Shown here piece after piece: positions 48,828 through 58,900 of a stretch of DNA of 64,000 nt. A model generated the notes under the pieces. That model had not been told where the DNA came from. It searched no databases and saw nothing but the letters and a program-made list of their open reading frames with translations. The stretch comes from an uncultured Planctomycetales bacterium. GTDB lineage: Bacteria; 4484-113; JAFGCY01. The DNA is taken from the NCBI GenBank assembly GCA_964512635.1, contig CAZEJB010000006.1, positions 1,500-65,499 on the forward strand, given 5' to 3'. The stretch's first letter is position 1, and every line of letters begins with the position of its first letter. A program made the translations under genes and the position numbers.

Positions 48828-49814
48828 GTGAGTACTGCCGAAGTTCTCAGTAACTGGACTGCGCCGCGCTGGATCAAAGTCTGGCTCTGGCTGGCTACAG
48901 CCTTCAACCTGCTCTGGGGTTCCTGGGTGGCGCTGTTCCCAAGACACAGCTTTGAGCTGCTGGGCATCGTCCCGCCAAACTACCTTTCACTATGGCAATG
49001 CGTCGGCTTTATCATCGCCCTGTACGGAATCTGTTACGCAATGGCCGCCATCGATACGGTGCGTTTCTGGCCTAATGTGGCAGTCGGCCTGCTGGGCAAG
49101 CTGATCGGTCCGGTCGGTTTCATGTTTACGGCCCTGCGCGGCGAGCTTCCATGGAGCTACGGCATCAACGTGATCTTCTGCGATCTGATCTGGTGGATAC
49201 CCTTTGCCCTGATCATCCGCTGGGCCTACCGCAGCGAGCTGGACCGCCGAGACGCAGCAGACATGCAGACAGCACCAAGCCTGGACGAGGCATTTGTGCT
49301 GGGCCATGACCAGACGGGCCGCAGTCTGCTGGAGTTGTCGCGTCAGGGGCCACAGCTTGTGATTTTCCTGCGCCATCTGGGCTGTATTTTCTGTGCCGAG
49401 CTGCTGGGCGACCTTCAGCGCGGGCGCAGCAGCTTCGAGGCCGGCGGGCTGGGGCTGGTCTTTGTGCACATGGGTGGTGACGAAGAAGCCCGGGAGCGGT
49501 TGGCACCATTTGGCCTTGATGATCTGCCGCGGATCAGCGATCCCGATCGGAAACTCTATCGCGCCTTTGGACTGCGCCGCGGCAGAATCGGCCAGCTGTT
49601 GGGGCCAGGCGTGATCTGGCGGGCCATCCTGGCTAGCCTTAAAGGCGCCGGCCTGAACCACCCCGGTCGCAACATGGACCAGCTGCCAGGCATTTTTATT
49701 GTTCGTGACGGCCAGATCGTGCGGCGCTTCGAGGCCAGCAGCGCTGCAATGTTTGCGCCCAGCAGTGAATTCCGTCCGGCGGCAGCGCCGGCGCCTCGCG
49801 ACAGTCAGGTCTGA
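48828..49814 (+). CDS. membrane protein with a C-terminal thioredoxin-fold (AhpC/TSA/peroxiredoxin-like) domain
   Basis: N-terminal about 4 transmembrane helices. C-terminal …LVIFLRHLGCIFCAELLGDLQ… with a CxxC. Confidence 0.65.
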   Translation: MSTAEVLSNWTAPRWIKVWLWLATAFNLLWGSWVALFPRHSFELLGIVPPNYLSLWQCVGFIIALYGICYAMAAIDTVRFWPNVAVGLLGKLIGPVGFMFTALRGELPWSYGINVIFCDLIWWIPFALIIRWAYRSELDRRDAADMQTAPSLDEAFVLGHDQTGRSLLELSRQGPQLVIFLRHLGCIFCAELLGDLQRGRSSFEAGGLGLVFVHMGGDEEARERLAPFGLDDLPRISDPDRKLYRAFGLRRGRIGQLLGPGVIWRAILASLKGAGLNHPGRNMDQLPGIFIVRDGQIVRRFEASSAAMFAPSSEFRPAAAPAPRDSQV

Positions 49815-49912
49815 GTCCTGAATCTCCAGCAGCAAAAAAGAAACCCGCCACCACAGCAAGCTGTGATGGCGGGTTGATGCCCTTGTTTCCGCCAAGCCGG
49901 CGGAGGGTCGAA

Positions 49913-50668
49913 CTAGACGGCCTTCTCGCCCTTGCGGCTGAGGATGGTCTTCTCGCCGCTGCGGACTTCCTGAACCGTCAGCGTGTAGCCCGTCTCAGTC
50001 ACAGCCACGTTACCGATAACCAGTACGTCGCTGCCGGCGGCGGGAAGCTGGCCGCTGTAGAGGCTCATATCGAGCTTGACAGGGATCTGGGCCTCAGCGC
50101 AGCAAGGCTTGGTGCAGCCGTCGGCCTTCATGCCCTCGTCTACACAGTTCTTCAGCATGAAGGTGCCCTTGTCCGCGAACACCTGAGCCACCTCACCGTC
50201 GATTGCGACAACGCCGCTGTGGTTCCTGTAATCGCCGTCAAGCAGACCGACGTTGATCACCTGAACCGCGCTGCCATCAGCCAGCTTGATCGTGCCAGCC
50301 TCTTCGGCGCCAGCAGGGGCACCGGCCTCAGCGCCGCCCTTGCCGGGGCAATTGGCGCAGGAACCACCGGCAGCGCCGGCACCCTTGGCCGGGCAGCTCT
50401 TGCAGTTAGCATCCTTGCAGCCGCCGTCGGCGCAGGTGCAGGTGGCCTTACCGGCGGCGGCGCACTCGGCGCACTTGCCTTCGGTCTTGGCGGCAGCGCC
50501 TTCGCCATTGGTATCTGAGCCGTGCGGGACGGGCTGGACATTTGACGCCGCCACAGTGTTACTGGGCACCTTGGCGCCGGTGGAACCGCTGTCCGCGGGC
50601 TTGTTACATGCCGTCAGGCCAAAGCCGAGCAGCGCTGACACCGCCAGCACCGCAGCATACTTGTACAT
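49913..50668 (-). CDS. Cys-rich lipoprotein, putative metal-binding; last gene of the ABC exporter operon
   Basis: GGAGG plus ATG at 50668. Lipobox LTAC. KCAECAAAGKATCTCADGGCKDANCKSCPAKG…SCANCPGKG, a cluster of CxxC/CxC motifs. Confidence 0.65.
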   Translation of the reverse strand: MYKYAAVLAVSALLGFGLTACNKPADSGSTGAKVPSNTVAASNVQPVPHGSDTNGEGAAAKTEGKCAECAAAGKATCTCADGGCKDANCKSCPAKGAGAAGGSCANCPGKGGAEAGAPAGAEEAGTIKLADGSAVQVINVGLLDGDYRNHSGVVAIDGEVAQVFADKGTFMLKNCVDEGMKADGCTKPCCAEAQIPVKLDMSLYSGQLPAAGSDVLVIGNVAVTETGYTLTVQEVRSGEKTILSRKGEKAV

Positions 50669-50735
50669 GGGATTCAACCTCCAGGAGATTAGTGTAATAA
50701 CGACCGGATTGATGGATTCGTTCATTTTTCGCTTC

Positions 50736-51908
50736 CTAGCGACCTTTCAACCCGTCAACGATTGCAATTCTACCGACAGAGGCCACTGGCACCAGTGCCC
50801 CCAGAATGCCGATCAGCAGGGCCAGAGCCAGGCCGATGCTGATGGTGAGCGGGTCGATGATGAAGCGGAAAGCCCCCATCGGCACCCGCATGGGCAGGCC
50901 GTTCAACAACAGGCCCGCCGCTCCGCCCAGTGCCCCGCCGACCAGGCAGAGCAGTACAGACTCCAGGATGAAGCTGATCAACACCGAGCGGCGCTTGTAG
51001 CCGACGACCAGCAGCACCATCATTTCACGGACGCGGCCCGCGATGGAGTTGAACATGGTGTTCATGCCCGCCATCAGCCCGCCCAGTACCAGAATGCAGG
51101 TCATGACCCAGCTGACCACCTGCACCGGCTTCAGGCGCTGACCGATGGCGGCATAGTAATCCCGCTCCAGAAAGCTGGTCGTACGTACGTCAGTGCGGGT
51201 GTCCAGCTCGAACTTGATGTCTTCAAGAGCCTTTGCGTCAGCGCCACGCATGACCAGCGCGCTGTAGTCCTCGCGCTTGGACGCCGTCATGACGTCGTCC
51301 AGATTTGTCCAGATTTCGCTCTCAAAGACCGTCCCGGGAGCCTCAAAGCGGCCGACGATGTCCCATTTCTGGCCTTCGAAGTGGATCTGGCCACCCACCG
51401 GCAGAGCTCCCTCCGGCAGACCGAGTTTGGTCGTGGCCAGCTTGCCGACCATTACCTGGTAGCCGCGCTCAGGAAGCTTGCCTTCCAGCAGCTTCACCTG
51501 TTCGTGGAGCTGGTATCCGATGGGATACACCCCGTGGATCAGGCCAAGGCTCTCCGTGCCGGCCGCCGCTGTTTCGGGCCGCACAAGGCTTGTGATGTAG
51601 ACCTCCGGGCTGACCAGAGCCTCGCCACCACTGTCAGCTGCGCTGCTCGCAGCAATTCCGCTCATGCTGGACAGCAGGTGCAAAGCCTCGGGATCGAGCG
51701 CTGAGAACTCCATGCTGTCCGCACCTTTGGACAGAATGATCACATTCAGCGGGTTACCACTGTTGAGGTTGGTGGCCAGCAGGCCGCGCGACAGCCCGAT
51801 CATCATGACCGCGAGGAATATCGAGAGCCCGACGCCGAGCACTGTAAGCAGGCTGCGCAGTTTGCGCTGGCTCATGCTCTGCAGGTTGTACTTAAGAGGC
51901 AGCTTCAT
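50736..51908 (-). CDS. ABC transporter permease, FtsX/MacB-like
   Basis: 390 aa. N-terminal transmembrane helix, periplasmic domain, three C-terminal transmembrane helices. Stop/start abuts the next permease. Confidence 0.85.
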   Translation of the reverse strand: MKLPLKYNLQSMSQRKLRSLLTVLGVGLSIFLAVMMIGLSRGLLATNLNSGNPLNVIILSKGADSMEFSALDPEALHLLSSMSGIAASSAADSGGEALVSPEVYITSLVRPETAAAGTESLGLIHGVYPIGYQLHEQVKLLEGKLPERGYQVMVGKLATTKLGLPEGALPVGGQIHFEGQKWDIVGRFEAPGTVFESEIWTNLDDVMTASKREDYSALVMRGADAKALEDIKFELDTRTDVRTTSFLERDYYAAIGQRLKPVQVVSWVMTCILVLGGLMAGMNTMFNSIAGRVREMMVLLVVGYKRRSVLISFILESVLLCLVGGALGGAAGLLLNGLPMRVPMGAFRFIIDPLTISIGLALALLIGILGALVPVASVGRIAIVDGLKGR

Positions 51909-53062
51909 CAGTCCACCTCCCTGAGCGCTTCAACGATCGGCTGCTTTGCCGAGCCGCGGGCGGCCAGCAGCGCGCCAGCGAAGCCCAGCCCCAGCCCGGA
52001 GGCCAGGGCAAGCGTAATCACATCGCTGTTCATCCAGGGACGGATGGTAAAGCCCTCGACACTGATGGACAGGTTGGCAAAAGTGGTCAAAGTCCAGGCC
52101 AGCGCGGTGCCGATGAAGGCCGCGAACAGGCCCAGCAGGGCGGTTTCCGTGGTGACCAGCGCGATCACCTTTTCGCTGTCGAAGCCCAGCAGCTTGAGGA
52201 TGGCCATTTCGCGCAGCCGGTCGCGGACGCTCATCGACACGCTGTTAACCACTGCCGCCAGCAGCAGGATCAGGGCGGCATAAGCGATGAGCTGGCTAAA
52301 GGAGACCATTTCCTTGAAGTCGTGGATCATCGCCGCAATAAAGCTCTTCTCCGAGCTGCTTTTGGTCTGCGTCTCGTAGTTGGCAAAGAAGCTGTCGATG
52401 GCCTGGCCAACACTGTCGACCTGCTTTGGGTCCTTGACCTTGACCCGAAAGAGCGTGGCGATACCCTGCTGTTCCTGGGACTGGTCCAGATAGACGCGGT
52501 CGACAAATACGAGCTGATTGGCCGAAGAGCCCTCGGCGTCGAAAACTCCGCGAAGCGCGAAAGAAATGCCGTTGAGCTGGGGCAGGCTGACCTGTTGGCC
52601 GACCTGCCAGCCATACTTGTCTGCTACCTGGCGGCCGCAGATCGCGCTGCCTTTTTCCGCGGCAAAGGCGCTGTACTGGTCCTCAGGAATGTTGATGTCC
52701 ATAAAGCTGCGCAGCTTGGCCGGGTCGATACCGTGGATTGCGACCAGATCGGTGGTGGTGCCGCAGGTGGACAGCAGGAAGCGCACCGGCATGACTTCCT
52801 CCACCCCGGCGATTCCGGTGATCTTGTCGGTGTAGTGCACGGGCAGATGACTGAAGGGCGGACAGGCCTTGTACTTCTCAAACACAGTGATCACGCTGTC
52901 GTCGCCGGTGGTCTCGATCATACGCTGAACGCCATGGTCCAGGCTGAGCAGAGCGGCAAAAATGAACACGCTCATCGCCACACCCAGCAGCGTCAGCAAC
53001 GTGCGCGCCTTGGCGCGTGTCAGGTTGCGCAGGATCAGCTTGCTGAAGCGGATGCCGGTCAT
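51908..53062 (-). CDS. ABC transporter permease, FtsX/MacB-like
   Basis: 384 aa, same architecture as 50736..51908. Overlaps the ATPase stop by 4 nt. Confidence 0.85.
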   Translation of the reverse strand: MTGIRFSKLILRNLTRAKARTLLTLLGVAMSVFIFAALLSLDHGVQRMIETTGDDSVITVFEKYKACPPFSHLPVHYTDKITGIAGVEEVMPVRFLLSTCGTTTDLVAIHGIDPAKLRSFMDINIPEDQYSAFAAEKGSAICGRQVADKYGWQVGQQVSLPQLNGISFALRGVFDAEGSSANQLVFVDRVYLDQSQEQQGIATLFRVKVKDPKQVDSVGQAIDSFFANYETQTKSSSEKSFIAAMIHDFKEMVSFSQLIAYAALILLLAAVVNSVSMSVRDRLREMAILKLLGFDSEKVIALVTTETALLGLFAAFIGTALAWTLTTFANLSISVEGFTIRPWMNSDVITLALASGLGLGFAGALLAARGSAKQPIVEALREVD

Positions 53063-53925
53063 TGGCTGGCCTCCGCCGCCTGCAGCTGGACCGTTTGCTC
53101 CGCATTGCCAGATAGTGCTGGTGATGCGGCTACCGCCTTGAGCCGGTTCTCTTCGGCCAGGCGGGCATCGATCTCAGCTTGCTCCAGCAACTCGCCCTTG
53201 TCCAAATGGAGCGGGGTGCTGGCGCGCTGGGCCACATGCGGATCATGGGTCACCATGACGATAGTCTTGTTGTAGCGCTCGTTAAGCTCGACGAAGAGGT
53301 CCATTACGCCCAGTGCGCTGTCGCGGTCCAGGTTTCCTGTAGGTTCGTCCGCCAGCAGGACCAGCGGATCAGTGGCCAGGCTGCGGGCAATGGCCACGCG
53401 CTGTTCCTGACCGCCCGAAAGCTGGCGCGGGTAGTGGCCAGAGCGGTCCGACAGACCGACAAGATCAAGCGCCGTCATCACAAGGCTTTTGCGCTTGGCC
53501 GCGGTAAGTGGAACCAGCAGTAATGGCAGCTCGACGTTTTCATAGGCTGTCAGCACCGGCATCAGGTTGAACTGCTGGAAGATGTAGCCAATTGCCCGGG
53601 TGCGCCACTCAGCCAGGTCGTCCTCCGACCAGTCGGTGATGTCTTCGCCGTGCACGACAACCCGGCCGTTGGTGGGCTTGTCGATGCCGCTGATGAGGTT
53701 CAGCAGGGTGCTCTTGCCCGAGCCCGAAGGGCCCATCAAAGCGATGAAGTCGCCAGGGTAGATGTCGAGGTCAACATTGTGCAGGGGCGTTACCTTGTGT
53801 CCGCCCTTGCTGTAGGTCTTGGTCACGTTACGCAGCATGACCACAGGCTGGCTGCGTTCACTGCCGCGCTGTGATGTCGGAGCCGCACCGTTTCGCTGGC
53901 CTTCATTGGGATTTGTTCTGCTCAT
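53059..53925 (-). CDS. ABC transporter ATP-binding protein (MacB/LolD-like)
   Basis: Walker A GPSGSGKST, signature LSGGQEQR, Walker B LLADEPT. Confidence 0.9.
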   Translation of the reverse strand: MSRTNPNEGQRNGAAPTSQRGSERSQPVVMLRNVTKTYSKGGHKVTPLHNVDLDIYPGDFIALMGPSGSGKSTLLNLISGIDKPTNGRVVVHGEDITDWSEDDLAEWRTRAIGYIFQQFNLMPVLTAYENVELPLLLVPLTAAKRKSLVMTALDLVGLSDRSGHYPRQLSGGQEQRVAIARSLATDPLVLLADEPTGNLDRDSALGVMDLFVELNERYNKTIVMVTHDPHVAQRASTPLHLDKGELLEQAEIDARLAEENRLKAVAASPALSGNAEQTVQLQAAEASQ

Positions 53926-55331
53926 TTCTGCTCCGCTGCTTTGATCTTGATTTTCTGGCCGTCGCTCAGGCCCTGCGGGTTCAGCACGAGCTGGTCCCCG
54001 CCGCTGACTCCCGAAAGCAGGCGGATCTCGCTGCCCTCAGCACCGCCATCTTCAATGGTCCGCCAGACGGCCTGCTCGCCGGAGACGGCGAATACACCCT
54101 TTGCCCCATCAATCTCGACAACGGCACTGGCCGGGACCAGAACGCCGGGATTGACGGGCGCGGCATCTTCAGCGCTCTCGGGAGGCAGGAAGGTGACCTT
54201 GACACTCAGTTCCGGGCGCAGATCGGCAGGCGGGTCCTGAATGCTGATCTTGACCTGCACTGTGTTTTTCTGCAGGTTGGCTCGCGGCATGATGCGGCTG
54301 ACTGTGCCCTTGATCTCGCGGCCGGGCTGAGAGTCCGTGGTGATCTTTACAGCCTGGCCGAGGCTGATGTTCTCGCTGTCGCGCTGGTTAATGTCGACAT
54401 AGGCCTGAATCAACTTTGGATCTATCAGGCTGCAGACAGCCGCGGCGTCGGGGCCGCCGTCCAGGGGCGCCAGCCAGTCGCCTTCCTGAGCCAGCTGTTC
54501 ATAGACCACCCCGTCGCGGGGCGCCTTGAGGCTGCACTGTCCGATTCGCCAGTTAACCTCTTCAAGGCGTGCACTGGCGGCATCCACCTCTGCCTGAGCG
54601 ATCTGGATCTCCTCAGGCCGGGTACCGCTGCGCAACATGTCCAGCGCGGACTGCTTGCTGAATACGTCCTGCTCAGCCTGCGACGACTCAGTTCGAAAGG
54701 TCTCGAGCTCAGACATGGAGATTACGCCCTTGACGTAGAGCTCCTCCATGCGGGTCAGGTCGGCGCGCGCCTTATCCAGCCGTGCCTGACTGCTGCGAAG
54801 GGCCGCCTCGGCCTGCGCGATCTCCTCGCTGCGATAGCCCGCGCGGGCACGGGCCAGGCGGCTTCGGGCCAGCTCAACATCACTGGCGCGCAGATGTGCT
54901 TCCTGCTCGAGCAGGCTGCAATCCACCCGGGCCAGCACCATGCCGGCCCTAACCTCCTGTCCGGGCGTGACCAGCACTTCGCTGACCTTTCCCGGGACCA
55001 GAGCAGAAACGACGCTCGGCCCGGGCGGGATAACCTCTAGATAGCCGCCCGCTGAGATTGAGCCGGGAGGCCCGCTCGCCTGACTGGGCACCGTATAGAC
55101 CTCTACTTCGCTTGCACCAGCGACCATTGAGCGCATGCTGGAGGCTGCGGGCAGCTTGACCCCACCGCGAAGAAAAAGCCATGCCAGCACTATGCAGGCC
55201 AGCAGGATCCAGGGCCAGACGGTTGGCCTGCGGCGGCGCGGTTTGGGTATGGCTGAATCAATCCGCAGGTCGTCAATGCTGGCCATAGTCAGCTGACCTC
55301 CGGGCTGTAATGGAATTGGCTGCCAGCACAA
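53922..55331 (-). CDS. HlyD-family periplasmic adaptor (membrane fusion protein)
   Basis: N-terminal transmembrane helix, long coiled-coil (…AEAALRSSQARLDKARADLTRMEEL…), beta-barrel C-terminus. Overlaps the ATPase start by 4 nt. Confidence 0.85.
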   Translation of the reverse strand: MCWQPIPLQPGGQLTMASIDDLRIDSAIPKPRRRRPTVWPWILLACIVLAWLFLRGGVKLPAASSMRSMVAGASEVEVYTVPSQASGPPGSISAGGYLEVIPPGPSVVSALVPGKVSEVLVTPGQEVRAGMVLARVDCSLLEQEAHLRASDVELARSRLARARAGYRSEEIAQAEAALRSSQARLDKARADLTRMEELYVKGVISMSELETFRTESSQAEQDVFSKQSALDMLRSGTRPEEIQIAQAEVDAASARLEEVNWRIGQCSLKAPRDGVVYEQLAQEGDWLAPLDGGPDAAAVCSLIDPKLIQAYVDINQRDSENISLGQAVKITTDSQPGREIKGTVSRIMPRANLQKNTVQVKISIQDPPADLRPELSVKVTFLPPESAEDAAPVNPGVLVPASAVVEIDGAKGVFAVSGEQAVWRTIEDGGAEGSEIRLLSGVSGGDQLVLNPQGLSDGQKIKIKAAEQK

Positions 55332-55412
55332 ATGTGGCAGCTTGCATGAGTGAATGCACTTGCTTGCTCCTGAATTGGCGTGAACACCAGTGGGCCCAGA
55401 GGGCCTCAGGAG

Positions 55413-55901
55413 CTAAATGCGCAGTTGAAGAATGCCCGGCACTGCCGGGCTGCCGCGGCCGGGTGGCGCCTTTGAACGCTGCTCAACCGCCGCAATCTGC
55501 AGAACCACAGAAGGAACTGAAGTGTGTGGCAGGGCCACTGCTATCAGTTCAGGGGCGGAACGCTGCGGTACTTTCGCAGCAAGACCCTGGCCGTAGCTCA
55601 GGCTGTGGTCGATGCAGCAGGCGTGGGCCGGACGACTGCTGAGACCGGCTGACTCACTCTGGTCTGCAGTTGAGTGGCAAACGGATTCTGCGGCAGCATT
55701 CTGGCAGGGGGTGTCGGAACCGCAGGAGCAGCTGTCTTCAGCTGGTGCGTCTTTGCAGTGACTGCAGGAGCAGGCTGCCCCATAACTGCGGCTCCCGTCG
55801 GCGCGCATGCAGGCGACTGCCCCGTGCGGTCCCAGGTGCAGGACCATCAGCACGAGAAGCAGGCTGTGCAAAACACGCAACTGCCGACAGAGATTAAGCA
55901 T
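55413..55901 (-). CDS. Cys/His-rich small protein with a hydrophobic N-terminus (hypothetical)
   Basis: 162 aa, moderate GC3 bias. …ACMRADGSRSYGAACSCSHCKDAPAEDSCSCGSDTPCQNAAAESVCH…HACCIDH…. Confidence 0.4.
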   Translation of the reverse strand: MLNLCRQLRVLHSLLLVLMVLHLGPHGAVACMRADGSRSYGAACSCSHCKDAPAEDSCSCGSDTPCQNAAAESVCHSTADQSESAGLSSRPAHACCIDHSLSYGQGLAAKVPQRSAPELIAVALPHTSVPSVVLQIAAVEQRSKAPPGRGSPAVPGILQLRI

Positions 55902-55946
55902 TCGCCGCCTGAATTATACACAGAACGGGTCGGCTCTGCGCATTTC

Positions 55947-58900
55947 TCATGCGGCAGGCAAGCCGATCTGCGATTCACGCCCCAGATAGTCCTTCAGGTT
56001 GTCGAACTCCTGGCGCAGGCGTGCATACAGCAGCGGCGCATTTTCCAGGCTCCCGCTGCGCGCGAGCATTTCAAGCTCACCAGCCGTGCGGCGGACGCAT
56101 TCGGCCAGTACTTCAGAGGAACCGCCTTTGATTGTGTGGGCCTCGCGATGAACAATGGCCAGTTCGCCCGCCTCAACTGCCTCGCCCAGCCTGTACAACC
56201 GGACCGCAGTTTCTTCAAAGTATGCATCCATCAGCTCACGCCAGAAGACCTCGTCACCAGCGCGCTCTATGCTGGCCGGAATGTCCATCGGAAGCTCCGG
56301 TACTGGCTTAGTATCCGCGCCCAAACCAACGCTAGGAGTATCTGCAGGGTCAAGCGCCCCTGATTCAGATTCTATGACCAGATCCTCGTCTGCAAAACCT
56401 GGCGTGCGGCCCCAGCGACTAATTGCCTCGATCAAGGCCTCGCGGTTGATAGGCTTGGTTATATAGTCGCTCATACCGGAAGCCAGGCAGCGCTCGCGGT
56501 CTCCGGCCATGGCATGGGCCGTCATCGCGATGATGGGGACCCTGGAGATCGGCAGATCCAGCCGTCGAATGGCCTCCGAAGCGGCATAGCCGTCCATCTC
56601 AGGCATCTGGCAGTCCATCAGTACCAGGTCGTAGTTCTTCAACTGGACCTGCTCCAGAGCTTCAAGGCCCGTAGAAGCCACATCAACGCTGCAATCAAGC
56701 TTGCCGAGGATGTTCAGGGCGACCTTCTGGTTAACCGGGTTGTCCTCGGCCAGCAGGATCCTGATGCTTTGGTGGTTCTGAGCCAGCAGCAGGCTCTGGG
56801 TCACCATCGGCCGCACAGCGTCGTCGGAAGAGGCCCGGCTTAGCCCTAACACCAGCGTTATACACTCAAGCAGCGTGGCCCGCTTTACGGGCTTGACCAG
56901 GAAGCCGGAGAACCCGGCTTCCTTCAGCCGGTCAGAATCGCCCTTGCTGCTCGCTGAGCTCAGCATCACCAGCGGCAGGTCACGCCAGCGTACAGAACTT
57001 CGAAGTTCGTAGCCCAGCTCTTCGCCATTCATCCCTGGCATGTGACAGTCAATAAGGGCCAGAGCTACCGGCTCAGAGCCGCCAAGCCCCGCCAGGAGGC
57101 CAAGGGCCTCGACCCCGGATGAAGCAACTAGCGCCCGCATGCCCCAGGCTGCCAGTTCCCGTTCCAGGATAGTCAGGTTTAGCTGTGTGTCATCCACAAC
57201 CAGCACATTGAGCCCCTGCAACTCGCTGAAGTGGACAGGATCAGGCAGCGATTCTCCTGTAGCAGGCTGCAACAGTGCAGTAAACCAGAAGGTGCTGCCC
57301 CGGCCAAGCTCACTTTCAACCCCTGTTCTTCCGCCCATCAGCTCAGCCAGCTGGCGTGAGATAGAGAGGCCAAGACCGGTCCCGCCATATTTGCGGGTAA
57401 CAGAAGCGTCAACCTGGCTGAAAGCGTCGAAGATCGAACTCAGCTTTTCTTCGGGGATGCCAATGCCATTGTCGATTACTTCGAAACGGAACACCATGCC
57501 TTTGGCGGAGTGCTCTATGCAGTTCACACGCAATTGTATGACGCCGTCGCGGGTGAACTTTATTGCGTTGCCAAGCAGGTTCAAGAGTATCTGACGGACG
57601 CGCCCCGGGTCGCCGAGCAGCAGATTTGGTACATACGGCGGCAGGTCAAGAATCAACTCATTACCGCGCTCGCCGGCCTTGCCCGCCAGCAATTCGAGCA
57701 CGCTCTCCGCCAGATTGCGCAGGTCGAAGTTAATGCTCTCAAGCTCGAGCTTGCCCGCTTCGATCTTTGAGAAGTCCAGGATGTCGTTAATGACTGTCAA
57801 CAGCGCCTTGCCGGAGGCGTGAGTGGTCTCAGCAAAGTCCCGCTGGTCGCGGGACAGGTTGGTCTCCAGCAACAGTTCCGTCATACCCAGCACACCGTTC
57901 ATGGGGGTCCGGATCTCATGACTCATGCGGGCAAGGAATTCGCTCTTGGCCTTGGTTGCGGCCTCGGCCTGGACCAGAGCCTGGTCAAGCGCGGTGTTGC
58001 GTTCCGCCAGCTCGTCGGCATAGAGGCTGAGCTGCGTTTCCGCCTGGTAACGGTCGTTGATGTCGAGGTGGATACCCGACATCAGTTTCGGTGCCCCATC
58101 TTCAGCCACCTGCGCCAAGCGGCCGCTCTCCAGGACCATAACCCAGTCGCCGCTCTTGCTGCGGGCCCGCAGCTCGCACTCGTAGTAGTCCTGCTCGCCA
58201 CGGAAGTGGCGCTCAAGCTGCTGAAGTGAGGCGCTCAGGTCGTCAGGGTGACAAAGCCCGCGCCAGGTTTCGATGGTCAGCGGCTGCAACTCCTCGGAGC
58301 GGTAGCCCAGCATTTCGGCCCAGCGCTCATTGCAGATCAGCTCCCCGGTTGCGATGCTCCACTCCCAGGTGCCCGCCCGCGTGCCATCGAGAATCTGCTC
58401 GGCCCGCTGACGCTCTGCTCGCAGTGCCATGGTCCGCTGCGAAACCTCTCTTTCAAGCCGTTCGCGGTGGCCGGAGAATGTACCCACGACAAGCGCCAGA
58501 GCCAGGGTAAGAGACAGGCCCAGCAGCGCGGCGATCAGGTCTGTTCGGACAACGTCTGCGCTGCTGTAATTGGCATCCGGAGTAGCTTTGACGGCATAGG
58601 TTTTGCTGAAGCACAGTAGCGGCCTGTAAAGCGCCAGCTCCATGCCGGACCCGCGGTCCAGACTGGAACGGGTTGAGGCAAGGAGCCGGCGTTCTGATCC
58701 AAGTTCATAAAGTTCAAGCTGAATATCGCTGGAGCCATCCAGATCGCTGCTGAGCTGACTCGCGTGTTGAAGCAGTTGGCTAAACTCGAGGATTGCCAGC
58801 ACATGGCCGCGTAGTTTGCCCTGACCAAACACAGGCCGGCAAAGGGCTACCCCCAGGTTGCTGCCGTCCGGCGTTTCCAGCCGAATAGGCTCCGTGGCAG

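Noticed and set aside
55674-56363. 229-aa plus-strand ORF
   Set aside because: It overlaps the C-terminal Hpt and receiver region of the 1442-aa histidine kinase on the opposite strand, and it has no Shine-Dalgarno sequence or domain signature
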